Notes: generated by a model from the letters alone, not told the origin. A DNA stretch of 64,000 nt from Carcharhinus amblyrhynchos (GCA_965287045.1 OZ336873.1:11036001-11100000); one strand, 5' to 3'. Counted from the first letter of the stretch, positions 25,723 to 40,007 are shown. Translations and numbers: made by a program.

Positions 25723-27270
25723 GTTTTATTTTACTGAAAATAACAAACTAGGGGACCTAAACTATTATCAGTTGAAGAATCATTAAGCCAGGGCTGAAAC
25801 AGCCATCTTCATTCATTTCCTTTGTGCAAATAATGATTAAGACTCTTAGAAATCTGTCAGGTCTGGTAAATCGTCCAAGTCAACTTGTTGCCCTTCTTTT
25901 CCCCTCCCACACTCCTAGGTCTTGAGTGTTATCAGTGCTCATTTTTTTAAATAAAATCTTTAAGAAAGAAAGTTGATAGACTTGAGGGAAATTCCGAAAG
26001 TATGTTGTGCAATAATCACACTTCCAGTGAACATTTTTTTTTAAAAAGGATCCTGACATTGAGACTTTTACCATAACCTTTAAAACCGACCTGCAAATAT
26101 TGAGTACAGCACAGTATAACCTCCCACAGTAGCTATCTACACAGATATGGACAGCGTGCAACAAAACACAGTTGCTCAATCCCACCAGAAGGGTTTTTTT
26201 TCTTTCTTTTAGTTATTTTTTATTAGATATGAAATTAAATTTGATCCATTTCCAACTTGTATGACATTTCAATTCCCATGATAAAAGAGCTGGAACATCA
26301 GGAAATTTTCCAGTTCTAATGGCAAGAATTAGAATTCCAGCCCTTCAGCATGTACGTATTAACTTAAGTTACTGACTCCAAGTGCATAAAAACACGCATC
26401 GCTTCTCAAATGAAATGTCACACTTAAAACTAATTGAAATGAATTAATCAATTCCCTGCAGAATCAAGTGAAGTTAATATGTTAGAATGTACCCCATGAT
26501 GGACCTGTTTCAGTTCGCTGCACTGTGCTGAACTCTAAGTCTATATTCTCACATTGTTATTTTGCACTGAAGGGAAAGTGTACAGTGGGAATAAAATAAT
26601 TTTACAAAGTTTTGTAAGGCCTTTCACTAATTTTGTCTTTTTTTTTCCTGTTGGTAGGTAATGTAGAAGTACAACATACTTATAAACCCCTGTAGTCATT
26701 AATTATGGTATCAGCTGGCTGATGAAGTTACGCAGAGCACAGTGCTGTAGTTTTTAATTGCAGGAGGTGGAGTGGAACTAAAATGAAGCAGAACCCCAGA
26801 CTATTGCCTGAATTCAAAGTGAAAAGCAATTCCAGTGTGGAGGCAAGAGCTATTTGCTCTTTGGAGCAGTGTTCTGTTGTGCACTGGGAAATCACTACAC
26901 CAAGTTCACCCAAAGGTTGTCTTTTTTCTGTGCAACTTGAAACTTCTTGAAAAAAACTTCCATTTGTTTGGGTTTTTTCTTGACCTTGGGATGTCCCAAA
27001 ATGCTTTACAGTTTTTGAGTCACCTGTAAAGCATTGTCACTATTGCTGTATAAGAAATACGGCAGACAACTTGTGTACCTCAAGCTGCCACAAATATCAA
27101 AGTGATAATGATCAAATACTCTTTTTTTTTGGAGATGTTTATTGAGGGTTAAATATTGGCCAGGGCATAAGAAAGAACACTCCTCCCCTCCACCCCCTCT
27201 GCTTCCTTGAGGTAACGCCATGGGACCTTTCACATCCACCTCAGAGATCAAGACAAGGCCCTAACTTAAT

Positions 27271-29065
27271 TGACTAGATTTTCATGGAGAGGGTGAGACT
27301 CCATGGAGGGCTGCAAAGAGGGTTTGGGACTAGATTCTGATTTTCTGGAATGCATTTTAAAGCTGTGGGTTGTAAGCCCACACACTGCATTCCCAACCTG
27401 GCTGGCTCCATTGCAGAGATAGGCATGTCCTTATCCTCGGCAATTTGCATTGAGTAGAGCAATCTTTCAAACAGTTGTGGTCCACGCAGCAGGTCAAGCA
27501 ATATCGTGAATCATAATCCACATGAGACAACCTTTTGAAAGGTTAAAAATGACTGCTTCACGCCCCTCATATCAATATATGTCAGTCCCTCCCCCACCCC
27601 ACCAACCCACCCCCTTGGCCTGCTCATACCCCTCTATGCCAAGGTAAACAGCGCTGCCTTGCCCCTTCATGCCCATTCACCCACCCTACACTTTAAAAAA
27701 CAGTTTCATACGACTGGCGAACATTAGAGGGACATTAGCATATCTTTGGGGATAACAAGTTGCTGCAAATTTTTCAAGATTAAAAATTTCTTCTGTGTGA
27801 GTAACTGCCAATCATAATGTCAGTCAGTATAAAGTTTTGGTCCATTTTATTTCTATAATTTTGTAAAGCAGCCAGGGAGATATAATTATATATATATTTC
27901 TTCAATCATAGAATCCCTACAATGCAGAAGGAGGCCATTTGGCCCATTGAGCCTGCGCCAACAACAATCCCACCCGGGCTCTATCCCCATAACCCCACGT
28001 ATTTACCCTACTAATCCCCCGACATCCCCCGAACACTAAGGGGCAATTTAGCATGGTCAATCAACCTAACCCGCATATTTTTGGACTATGGGAGGAAACC
28101 AGAGGAAACCCACACAGACATGGGGAGAATGTGCAAACTCCACATAGACAGTTACTCAAGCCAGGAATCAAACCTGGGTTTATGATTACTTATTGGCAGG
28201 ACAGTAGTTAAAAGTGTGAGCAATTGGAACCACTTTGTCTTGTGCAAATAAACATAGTGAAATTGAAAAAAGATGTCAGAGAACTGGAGCAGTCAATCTG
28301 TCAATGTTTTATCTGGGACTCAGGTGTTTCAGTCCTCTAATGTATTTCTAGACTCTCAGTCAAGCCTAAGTATGTATCCCTAACTGAAAGCCCAGATACC
28401 AACACCTGAACCCCAGAAACAGATTACTTGATTGTCAGCTCTCGTTATCTGATCTCTTCTGTCAATTGCACAATAACAAGTTAGAGGTTTTGTGTGCTTG
28501 CAATTTCTGCTATTAATACTTTAAAGCATCTGAATGGTTGCCATTTTTATTGGCCTGCAGTAAAAAGTTTTTTTGAAAGCAAGTGGAGAATTATCAATTA
28601 CTATTTTCCTGAAGTTTTTTTTAAAAGCATCCTATGCAGCGTACTGTGGATGATTTGACATGGAATACCATGGCAATGGCAGGCCATAGAATATGGGTGG
28701 CGGTACACTTTGGCATTAAGGGCATAAGGGGACAGAGGGGAATGGGGTGACACGGATGGAGCATGGGGAATGTGTGTGGGGGGGTACTGGGAGTGTGAGA
28801 GAAAGACAGTCTTACTTGTGTCATTACAACTGGGACAGAGACACACAGCACTGAGACAGGTCTTTTAAACAGGCTGCCATGGCACTGGTGGCTCCTGTGA
28901 ACTCTTTTCTAGGTCAGCTGACCTGATTGCAGCAACCAACCCCCACTCACCCTACCCCCCACAATGAAAGTCCCGTCTCTTCTGGCACTTGCAGCCAAGC
29001 CAGGCGAACCACGCGAGGAATTTTCCTGACTCCCACTGTCAGCCTTGAGGATGAATATTCAGCCC
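27271..29065. mobile_element. About 1.8-kb non-autonomous Harbinger-like element
   Basis: Ends tgactagattttc / gaatattcagccc, flanked by a 3-bp aat repeat; C-rich left and G-rich right subterminal blocks. Confidence 0.6.
27905..28181 (-). mobile_element. HE1-like SINE nested in the Harbinger-like element
   Basis: atcatagaatccctac tail and gtgcaaactccaca core. Confidence 0.85.
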
Positions 29066-29263
29066 AATGTTGCATTTGAAATGAGGCATCTCTGACAGTG
29101 CAGCACTTCCTCAGTACTGCAATATGGACTGGTAGCCTAGATTTCTGTGCTCATGTCTTTGGAGCAGAATTTGAATGCAAACCTGATTCAGAGTCTAGCA
29201 TGGCACTTACCGAGCCATGGCTGGCACTTTGACATGCTTCACAGATACACATAAAGAAGGTTC

Positions 29264-29517
29264 CCAAGGACCCAGGTTCAATTTTAGCCTTGGGTGACAG
29301 TCTGTGTGGAGTTTGCAAGTTCTCCCCATGATGGTCCGGTTTCCTCCCACAGTCCAAAGATATGCAGGTTAAGTTCATTGATCCCTTAGTGTTCCAAGAT
29401 ATATAGGTTAGAGGGATTAGCGGGGTAAATACGTGAGGTTATGTGGTAAGCCTGAGTAAGAGTTGGTGCGGACTCGAGGGGCCGAATTGCCTCCTTCTGC
29501 ACTGTAGAGATTCTATG
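29264..29517 (+). mobile_element. HE1-like SINE
   Basis: B box, core, cctccttctgcactgtagagattctatg tail. Confidence 0.85.
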
Positions 29518-30609
29518 TGGTTATGTACACAGACAGACTCACATGGACTTCTCATTGCACGCAAACACAAGAGAGAAAACATTGCTCAATCAGGGAATTA
29601 ATTTCTCAGACAAAAGTGGCATTCTGTTCATGCAAGCACTGGATTGAGGATGTGCTGAGGCAGGATTGGAATAGATAAATGATCCAAAAGGAAGGCCACA
29701 GCTAGGACAGCTGAAGATGCTGTCAGGCCCTCTGGTGGGAATTCAGGGAGTGAGTTGGAAAGAGTAAGGATGCAGACGGTGGCCCAGCTGGAGTGAAGGA
29801 AATGGGTAGCAAAGTATTGGAAAAGAAAAGGAATTTTGCTTGCAGCCAATAATCTCACCTTGTGCACAGAAAGCAAACAACTTTATCATATGTAAATGAA
29901 GAGTTCTGAAAGCCCATTTTAGTCTCGGTGTCACAGAACAGAAGGCTCAAAAATCAGCCTCACATTCAGCAGTGGTTGACTATAAATTTGAGAAATCATC
30001 GCAGAGAAATCAGGAGCAGCTTCCCCCAGTATGGACAATAAAATGAAAGCGAATTGAACCGCACATCCCAATCAGTCCTCATTGCTGGGACTAACTTACA
30101 GGACGTTAGCAGCAAAGAACCTGAGTGGGATTCTTCAGTTTAAAATGGATATGCTGTGTGTCCAAGTGCAACAGATACTGGCAGTTCACCCAGATAATGT
30201 TCATGTTATTGAGGTCAACAAGTGGGATTCATGTTCCTCGGGTTGACTAAAGCAATTTCCTGTCCACAATGATTTGTCCTGTCAGGAAAGTTATTGAAAT
30301 GTGTTTTCAGATTGGGGACTGACAATGTTCCTTTAAAACTGCACGGGTAGGCAGCAATCCACAGCATATCGCACAGTGCAACATTTAAGCCGTATCAGCC
30401 AACATTCCTTAAAAGATGCGCACATCAAAGAATAATTATAGGAGACATTGCTAACGGAGCGTTTGTACAAGTATTAGCTCATCAGAAAAAGACCGTATGG
30501 AATCCAAACCTAAAGGTGATAAAATATAACATCAGCACAAATAAACTCGATACAACATTCAAGGGCAACTTCATTACCCCAAGAACGGCTTTCAGTGACC
30601 GAGAGATCA

Positions 30610-30757
30610 AGGGCAGGATTTTCCGGCCATGCTAACCCCAAAGCCAGAAAATCCCGCCCAAGGTCAACGGACCTCTGCCTGGTCCGTCCCCCACACCCCA
30701 CCATCCCTCCACCCCGGCTACAATTCCCATGGCGGGTGGATGAGAAAAGTGACCCCC
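30610..30757. mobile_element. Short Harbinger-like MITE
   Basis: gggcaggattttcc ... gaaaagtgacccc. Confidence 0.55.
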
Positions 30758-30875
30758 TAGAACAAAGAGATATAGATTTAATATTAATTCTAACAGATTT
30801 AGGGCAGTGAACAAGAGAAGGTTAATAAAAGAGATTTGTGATGCTACAGAATGTAGTAATAAATGCAAGGACCGT

Positions 30876-31015
30876 GGGTAGGATTCTCTGGCTGCGCACG
30901 CACCACAAGATCAGAAATTCCTGCCCCAACTCAGCAGAACTTTCAATGCTTCGCCAAATTTTTTGTCTCGTCTGCTGTGATTCTCACAGATGGCGAGACG
31001 GGAGAATTTCGGCCT
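30876..31015. mobile_element. Short Harbinger-like MITE
   Basis: gggtaggattctc ... gagaatttcggcct. Confidence 0.55.
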
Positions 31016-31831
31016 ATGTATGCGTATGAGTCAAGTAACGCAGCTACATTTAAGGGGAGGCGAGTTAAGCGTATGAAGGAAAGGAATGAAAGCATATGCT
31101 CATAGGATCAGATGAAGTATGATGGGAACATAAATGCCAGTTAGGGCAAAGGGCCAGTTTGTGCCCTATGCCCGATGTAACTTTTAAAAATGGGTGGCCG
31201 AAGGAAAGGGGAACAAAGCAATATAAGACAGGGCTGAGGCGACTGGATCAGGACTACAGCTAACGTGCAGAATAAACACTAACATGGAGTCAACCAGCTA
31301 GTTTCCATTTTGCAATTTCTATGCAATTCTATGCACTCTGATCTGTGGCATCTTCCCTTATTCGGGGATGAAACATCGGAAAATATTTCAAACCTTGAGA
31401 CTATAGCACAGCCTGCTGCAAAGTTACTCTGGTTTTAAGATACTAAACTACAGCCTTATTACATTTTACTTTTGTAACTCTTTTACAGCGGTTTGAGTGA
31501 AGACTGTGCATGGACAGGGAGGTGAAGCCTCTGGAACATTGACGGGTCATTCAGAAGTGGGCCAGTTCAGTTTGGGTATGTCAACTGTTTCCTGGAGGTG
31601 TCTGGTGTATTGGTCATCTACCTCCCCCTCACCAAATCCCCGTCATCCCGGTTCTTTGGTCAACTCCAGATCTGCGTCTGTGTAACTTGGGAGATGTTGC
31701 TTTGCTAAAGCTGGTATTGCTCAACAGGAGAATTTTGGGTGGGTATAGCTCTGAAAAGGGTGGACAGGGCCAGCATTAGAGGGCAGTCTCCTTGACCTGG
31801 AGCTTCCTGGAGCAGAGGAACAACAAGATTT

Positions 31832-32150
31832 GGGCGGCATGGTGGCACAGTGGTTAGCACTGCTGCCTCACAGAGCCAGGAACCCAGGTTCAATTCCTGC
31901 CTTGGTCACTGCCTGTGTGGAGTTTGCACTTCCTCCCCGTATCTGTGTGGGTTTCCTCCGGGTGCTCCGGTTTGCTCTCATAGTCCAAAGATGTGCGGGC
32001 TAGGTTGATTGGCCATGCTCAATTGACCCTAGTGTCAAGGGGATTAGCAGGATAAATGTGTGGGGTGACAAAAATAATGCCTGGGTGGGATTGTGGTCTG
32101 TGCACACTTGATGGGCCGAATGGCCTTCTGTATTGTAGATATTCTAAGAT
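31832..32150 (+). mobile_element. HE1-like SINE, full length
   Basis: gggcggcatggtggcacagtggttagcactg head to gggccgaatggcc tail. Confidence 0.92.
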
Positions 32151-32751
32151 TTTAAAGTTGGTCAAGTGCCTGCCTATAGACTGTATCTATCCTGGACCAG
32201 AGAGCTTCCAAAAACTCTACATGTTGCCTGATCTCCATTCCTAATACTCCACCAATGCCTGATACAGGATACATTTTGGAGCACATAGCCACATTCAGCT
32301 GCATTGGTTGCGAGCATGAAGATCAAACACTATTTCTCCATTTCTCCCTTTCTTTATTTTGTTTCTCGGCTGTGATGTTGGCACTGAACGATAGCAATAC
32401 AGGCTGTAATATTTCTGATATAATTCTAACATTTTAATATTGGTTATGCATAAACAATTGTACCCTCAGAGAATTTCCATTAGGTCAGTAAAAGCCTATT
32501 GATTGATATTGTTATGTGCACTTTGCTTCAAATTAACTCATCTCTCTTTTATGTCAAAACATATGGCTGGAGGTTCTAAGGCTGAGAAGAGAACCTTCAT
32601 AGTTCTAACATCTGTTTTCCATACTTGTGTTACAAATAAACCATTACAAGCAATCACAATACTTTTATGCTAGCAATGTAGATAATATATATCAGAAGTT
32701 CAAAAATGTCCACAGTTTTTGGTGTATCAAACTACTAAAATTTTTTGATCA

Positions 32752-33072
32752 GGGCAGCATGGTGATACAATGGTTAGCACTGCTGCCTCACAGGGACCTG
32801 GATTCAATTCTCAGCTTGGATGACTGTCTGTGTGGAGTCCATATTCTCCCTGTGTTTGCGTGGGTTTCCTCAGGGTGCTCCGGTTTCCTCCCACAATCCA
32901 AAGATGTGTGGGTTAGGTTGATTGGCCATGCTAAATTGACCCTAGTGTCAGGGGGATTAGAAGGATAAATATGTGGGTTAATGAGAACAAAGCCTGGGTG
33001 GGATTGTGGTCAGTGCAGACTCGATGGGCCGAATGGCCTCCTTCTGCACTGTAGGGATTCTATGATTCTATG
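32752..33072 (+). mobile_element. HE1-like SINE, full length
   Basis: Head, core and gattctatgattctatg tail. Confidence 0.92.
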
Positions 33073-34054
33073 AAAAATAACTGCTGTTATTTCAAGAGGT
33101 CAGCATTAAATTAAAAGTTTAACTTGTGTGTATTTCTCACAGCAATTGCAGTGTCTCGGACAAAACAAGGCTGAATGAATGGAAATCATTCAAAAGTATC
33201 TGGCAATGCTTGTTGAAATAGAACTCGACACCAAATTTGTTGAGATGGGAAAGTTAATTAAGGGAAGTCACTTTTACGCTACTTAGCATACTATCAAATA
33301 AACGAAAAGCAAATTTCCTGAAAACCTACCATTTCCCACTAGGAAAAGAATCAGCTTCCAGACAGACAGCACGAGTTAATTTGCCTTAGAGCTCTTTCAA
33401 AACCAGCGCAAGAGACACAGGTGTATTATGTCAGCTTTCCAGTCAACTCCACTTATGTGAATGTAAATTGAATAATTTAAGCTACTTTTTAAATGAGCAA
33501 CTTTATTTGTTCGTGTTAGCAAAATGTGACTAATAAGTTCCAATCGGGGAAATTTCTTTAGATCACATTACAAAGTTTGCCATCTTAACAACCCAAATTA
33601 TGCAGCAATGTAATTTGTATAGAATAGGATTTATTTTTACCTCCATTTATAATTGTGCTGCTGATACACCTTATGAGCTTAAAGCTGTTTTGTGGTTAAT
33701 ATGTGTGTGCCCGGCAGTATAACAGAACTCCATTAGATACCAGCTCTGCAGGTGGCTTTGAATGACAAATGTGATGATCTCCATTTGCGAAACCATACCC
33801 TAGCCAGATGCAGGGGAGGGGAAAGAGAAGGAAATCTATGGAAAAATGCACATGACATTATTATGTATTATTTTCATTACACACTTCTTATAACAATTAA
33901 AGATAATTGTATTGATGTATTTCTTCTTATTTTTCTCCTGAAAGGCATGTTTCAAGGTATGTGTTCCTCTAATTCTCGTCTCTTGTGCGCTCCCAATTTT
34001 AATTGTTCCACTATTTGTGGCCACAATTTCAATTGCCTAGGCCCCAAGCTGTGG

Positions 34055-34252
34055 AACCATAGAACCACAGAATCCTTACAGACCAGAAGAAGCCATCCAG
34101 TCCATCAAATCTGCACTGACTCTCCAAAAGAGGAAACCCACACAGACACGAGGACAACATGCAAACTCCACACTGTCACCCAAGGCCGGAATTGAATTAG
34201 GTCCCTGGTGCTGTGAGGCAGCAGTGCTATTCAATGTGCTATCACGCCACCC
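34055..34252 (-). mobile_element. Internally deleted HE1-like SINE inside an L2-like 3' remnant (about 33970-34440)
   Basis: SINE head and tail present; flanks gcctaggccccaagctgtggaa / ccctaaac...ttttggtcacctg read as a continuous L2-type end. Confidence 0.7.
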
Positions 34253-35475
34253 TAACGTCCACCCTAAACACTTCTACCCCACTTTCTCCTTTAAAACTCT
34301 CCATAAAATTTACTCTGATCACCATTTTGGTCACCTGATCTAACATCTCCTTATAAAGCTCAGTGTCAGGAGTCATTTTACAATATTCATGTGAAACAGT
34401 TTGGAACATTTGATGATGCCATTGGTACTTTAGAAACTAAACAGTGGGATTGTCTGGCTCTGCCCACTGCCGTGATTACCCAGTTCCGCCAACAGTCAAT
34501 GGACTTTTGTCTGGGCCACCGAAAATCCCAGAGCGGGTCCCACCATGACACAGAAGGGTAATCCTGGCAAAAGTCTTGTTCCCACATTGGACCAAAGGGA
34601 AACAAAGCACTTTGGGGAGGAAAAAGTGAAAAGATATTCAAACGTCTGATCAGCATGTTGTACAAGATATGAGTAACACAATCATTCTGAACAGCTTTGA
34701 ACTCTATTTCAGAAATAAGCAATTCTTTTTGACAAAAAATAAACATTCTTCATCTAATTTCCTGTCGAAACAAAAGTACTTGCATTTGTACAGAACCGTT
34801 CGCATGACACACTGCATAACCAATAAAGCTCTTTTGAAGGAAACATAAAGCACAGCAGCCAGTTTGCGAACAGTAAACTCCCGCAAACATCAATGTAAGA
34901 CGTGGCCAGATGGACTGTTGTGTGTTCGCCAGAGACATGACCATTTTTATCTTTTTTTCTAAACAGTATACTGCATTCACCCTAAGATTTAAGATGAAAA
35001 AATTCCTAAGATTACAAAAAGTACTGATTCATGTGTGCTGCTGTACAAAACATGGGCAAAGAAACAACCATTATGCACCATACCAGACTTGAACGTTGTT
35101 ACTTTAGATGCTTCCCACTTAATAGAACTACTTCCCACTTTATCACCTTCAAAGTTGTCTTATGCAGTTTCAATTAAATCTCTTCCACTGCATCACAAAG
35201 CTTATGGTGTCTGGATTGCTGGCATTCTGGAAGTACAGTGAAGAAGATCGACCAGAAGTTGGAGCTTATCTCCCCTTGGAATGCATCAGCAGGACAGACT
35301 TACTGCCACAACGGTTTTTAATTGAGTCCTTCTATCACCATTACCTTTGATGTCTTTTTGCTACTCATTTGTGGGAATTTGGAGTAAAATGTGCCTAAAT
35401 GACAATTTTTGGGAAAGACGTTGATTTATGACAGGAGTTTATGTTGATTGGTCATGTTAAATACAGTATATGATC

Positions 35476-36527
35476 GGGGCAGCATGGTGGCACAGTGCTT
35501 AGCACTGCTGCCTCACAGCACCAGGAACCTGGTTCAATTCTCGGCTTGGACCACCGTGTGTGGAATTTACACGTTCTCCCCATATTCACATGGGTTTCCT
35601 CCAAATGCTCCAATTTCCTACCAGAGTCCGAAACACGTGCTGGTTAAGTGACAATAATCGCTCCCTCAATGTCAACAAAATGAAGAAGATTGTCATCAAC
35701 TTCAGGAAACATACAGGAGAACACACCCCTATCCACATCAACAAGGACGAAGTAGAAAGGGTCTAGGGCTTCAAGTTTTTAGGTGATCAGATCACCAACA
35801 ACCTGTTCTGGTCCCCCCCATGCTGACAATATAGTTACGATAGCCCACTAATGTTCCTCTACTTTCCTCCACTTTAGCCCACCTCTACTTTCTCAAAAGC
35901 CTAAGGAAATTTGGCATGTCATTTACAATTCTCACCAACTTTTACAGATGCATGATAGAAAGCATTCTTTCTGGTTGTATGGTTCCTGCTCTGCCCAAGA
36001 TCACAAGAAACTAAAAAGGTTGTGAATGTAGCCCAACACATCATGCAAACTAGCTCCCATCCATTGACTCAGTCTATATTCCTGCTGCCTCAGCAAAGCA
36101 GCCAGCATTCTTAAGGACCCCACGCACCTAGACGTTCTCTCTTCTACCTTCTTCCATTGGGAAAAAGATACAAAAGTCTGGAGGTCACATACCAACCGAC
36201 TCAAAAACAGCTTCTTCTCTGCTGCCATCAGATTTATGAATGGGCCTACTTTGCATTAAGTTGATCTTTTTCTATACCCTAGCTATGACTGTAACACTAC
36301 ATTCTGCACTCTCTCCTTTCCTTCTCTATGAACCGTATGCTTTGTTTGTATAGTGCACATGAAACAATACTTTTCACTGTATACTAATAGATGTGACAAT
36401 AATAAATCAAATCAAAGCAAATCATTGACCTGAACAGCGCTGGAGTGTGGCGACTTGGGGAATTTCACAGTAACTTCATTGCAGTGTTAATGTAAGCCTT
36501 ATTCTTGACTAATAAATAAACTTTACC
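35476..36527 (+). mobile_element. HE1-like SINE (alternative tail) split by a Rex1 insertion
   Basis: Head and core 35476-35650; tail ggggaatttcacagtaacttcattgcagtg...aataaataaacttt resumes after 36424. Confidence 0.85.
35648..36424 (+). mobile_element. Rex1/Babar LINE, 5'-truncated
   Basis: Translates DNNRSLNVNKMKKIVINFRKH...PIHINKDEVERV*GFKFLG and TNRLKNSFFSAAIR; tail gtgacaataataaatcaaatcaaagcaaatca. Confidence 0.9.
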
Positions 36528-38309
36528 TTATCTTTGGATTCAACCGCTCTTGATGCTGCATTTATATTGCCATTTTTCTGCCAATGGAAAGTGGCTTAGG
36601 GAGTACACCAACATGTGTTCATCCAGAGCTCTGATAAGTGAACTAAAGCTCTTTAGATCCCCTCAACAGTCTGGTACACCCCATTAGTTCTGAGATCCCC
36701 AAGGGATCCAGCAGTAGACAAATACCTCTGTAATACAGAGGAGGAAACATTCAGGTTTAAGAGCAAGTAAGATGACGAAAAATTGCCCTTAATGAAACAC
36801 CTGCAACTGAAAGAGAAGCTGGCAGGAGAATGAAAGCAACATAATGGCAGGGTCAGTGGCATCTATCGTCAGTCTGTCTACTGAAATATAGGGAAAGCTA
36901 TAGCACACTACTTTAGAAGATAAGACTTTATAAGGAACAGGAAATGGACATCAAGGACAGACAAGTCAATTTTTTTTTACAGGCTAACCCACTTATTCAC
37001 ATTTTCAACATATCCCTCAATGTCTCATCTCTTTAGAAAAGCATCGAATTGACTTTTGAAGCCATTTATTTTGTAGGATCCAATGGCTGTACAGTCTACG
37101 ACCCAGAAAAAATAACAATACAGCAAGACGTAATCCTTCACCACATCAACAAAGACTTAAAAATAGCTTAAAACAGTGAATCAGTTAGAGTCAATCAACA
37201 AGAAATCAGGGCAATATTAATTATATCTGAAGCATTTATTTTGTACTTCACATTAAGAATTGCATACAAACTTCTATCTACTCTTCTTCCGATACACTAA
37301 GTAAATTGGAAAAGTCTGCCTTTTCTTCTATTTCTGATAAAAAAAATCTGCTTTAAGTGTTAGATTTCAATTACCAGTTTATCCACTGCAGCTGCAAACA
37401 AGCATTTCAAAAAATAAATTCAATCCAGGCAAACATATCCATGCCAGCAATTTGGCAACACATCTCCAACCTCCTTTTTACATGATTACCAATTAAAACA
37501 TAGGTGCAGTTTTTCGGTTCATTGCCTGATAGTGCAGATTGTCTATCAGCTTATAGAACCAGCTTGATTTTCATTCAAGATTGCCATCCAGGCAGTGAGA
37601 GCAAAATTTTACCTCACATTGTTTAGATCAAACCATACATTTGTAACTAACAACCTATGATAAGCATTAAAAGAATCATGTGGCTTTCCAATTAGGTATT
37701 TGGAAACCCACAGATTCTTTTTGATGTGACAATTTGGGAGACCACCATATTCAGTATTTTTGTATTGTGATTGAGAGTGTACACTACAAGCGTGCTTTAG
37801 AAATAGAATTAAGATCAAAACAGAGCCCAGAGACAGTTTACCTGTAAATTGCAGGCATGATGTTAGATCAGATGAGCCAAGATGCAGAAGTTTATTATTA
37901 GTCATTTAATGGACAGGTTCAGTTGTAGATGCTACACAATATTGCTCAGATATAGGAATGATTGCAATTGATAGAATATACAAGTTTGTAGTCACGCATT
38001 TTATCATTAATGGCTGAATTGTTCAACAGGCTTTGCATATAAGAGGAATTATGTGATAAAAGCAAAAAAGATCACACAGTTATGAAATAACTGTTCATAC
38101 CTTATCTGCCTAGTTGTTAGAAATGCTTAATATCTCAACAATCCGATCAATGACAAGAATTTATTTGATTTGAATATGAGTCCATTTAAACATCAAATAA
38201 GACTCAGAAGCAGTCTGTGCTCCTCAGTTCCTTGTTTTATATTGCTTCAAAATTGATGGTTAATCGTCCATATAACATCTGTCAGTCAAAAACTGTCAGT
38301 AATTACGCT

Positions 38310-38868
38310 GCAATTATACCAGACATTGGTGTGACCACATTTGAAACATTGTGTTCAGTTCTGGTCACCTCACTATAAGAAGGATGTAGAAACATTGGAG
38401 AGAGTGCAAAGGAGATTTACCAGGATGCTGCCTGGTTTGGAGGGTAGATCTTATGAGGAAAGATTGAAAGAGCTGGGGCTTTACTTTTAAGAACGGAGGA
38501 GGATGCGAGGCGACTTAATAGAGGTTTATAAGATGATGAGGGGATAGATAGAGTGGACATGCAGAGATTATTTCCTTGGATGGATGTAGCTGTTACTAGG
38601 GGGCATAACTATAAGGTTCATGGTGAAAGATATAGGAGGGATGTCCGAGGTAGATTCTTCACTCAGAGAGTGGTTGGGATGTAGAATACACTGCCTGCTG
38701 TGATAGTGGAGTCGGACACTTGAGGTACTTTCAAGCGGTCATTGGATAGGCACATGGAGCACACCAGAATTATAGGGAGTGGGATAGCTTGATCTTGGGT
38801 TTGGACATAGCTCAGCACAACATTGAGGGCCGAAGGGCCTGTACTGTGCTGTCCTGTTCTATGTTCTA
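38310..38868 (+). mobile_element. Older CR1 subfamily 3' fragment
   Basis: [39 protein letters not shown]; tail gggccgaagggcctgtactgtgctgtcctgttctatgttcta. Confidence 0.92.
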
Positions 38869-39116
38869 CTGAAAAGTTACAAAGATTCCAATTTATTTTT
38901 CTTGTTCATAAAATGTGTTAATCAAATACCATACTAGTAGTTTTTTGCCCTGTTTTTCTGCTTCTACGTAATGCAGCTCTGTAAATTAATCTATTAGCAT
39001 TGTCTCGTGCGTGACACCCTGATCTTTCAGATTATATGGGAGAATACGTTGGGAATCCCATGTGATCTTTGCTACAATATTGTAGAAATTGATATTCCTG
39101 TAGCAAAATAACTTAC

Positions 39117-39192
39117 CGCGCAAGAAGCAAGTTTTAATGCACCGGAAATTTAAGACATTTGCAGAAATGGCATTTTTGTTGGAATCAGTGAC
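39117..39192 (-). other. Candidate 76-nt internal exon
   Basis: Acceptor gttcttcattttag|G and donor GCG|gtaagt; one open frame VTDSNKNAISANVLNFRCIKTCFLR; TE-free flanks. Confidence 0.35.
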
Positions 39193-40007
39193 CTAAAATG
39201 AAGAACCCCTGGACTGTAATACATACCGGAGGGCCCAATAACACGAGAGACAAAAGAGTGCGTAGAGCCTAGTTGTGTAAATCATAAAAGCATGAAGTCA
39301 CCTTCTTAGAAAGAAGCAAGTCTGAAGATCGACAGCACCTGTATTGTTCCTACTTCCCCCAGAGCGTACAGGATGTAATAAAAGATTGCAACCTCCACTC
39401 ATCTTCCATTGGGCATTAATTCAGTTAATTCTGGCAAAGCAATTAATTCCATGCAACTTTCTAGTGCAGATTGAATGGATACACTATCAAGCCTGGCTGA
39501 ATGGCTACGAACGCTAAAAACAAAACTGTCACTATTGCTTCAAGTGCAGCTGAAAGACTGCACGTTAAATGGACAATACAAACATAGCTCACTTGCACTG
39601 GTGATTCAATTTCTAAAGCACCAAACTCAATCTAGCCAGTTAATGATTCACCTTATCCCTGACCTATAAGTGCAACAAATGATATCAAATAACTATTTAC
39701 AGCAGAAGTATAGTGCGGCTGAAACAGCAAGGTTTAAAATTTACCTATGCAGTGGATCTCATTTCAAAATAACAGTGACTAGTTGGAATAAATACATAAA
39801 ATATCATCTTCCCTTTTCCAGAATATCTGTGCCGCAATTGCCAGAGTTTCATTTTCAACGCACCCTTACATTTCCCCAAGTGTTTATTTTAATAGCGCAG
39901 CTTTATTACTGTAATGTTAGGGCCAATTTCAGCTTGATATGTTTAAGCCATAGAGAAAAAGAAACATCAGCCCAAGGATACTGGAATTGTCCTCAATCTC
40001 CAATAAT

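Larger units (their letters stand above)
26975..29240 (-). mobile_element. SacSINE1/Deu-like SINE split in two (26975-27270 and 29066-29240)
   Basis: Left part ends ...ggccctaacttaat; right part resumes aatgttgcatttgaaa...ctgacagtgcagcacttcctcagtactgca. Confidence 0.65.

Noticed and set aside
31832-31905. tRNA gene calls at the A/B-box sequences
   Set aside because: Each is the head of a SINE and continues into SINE core and tail
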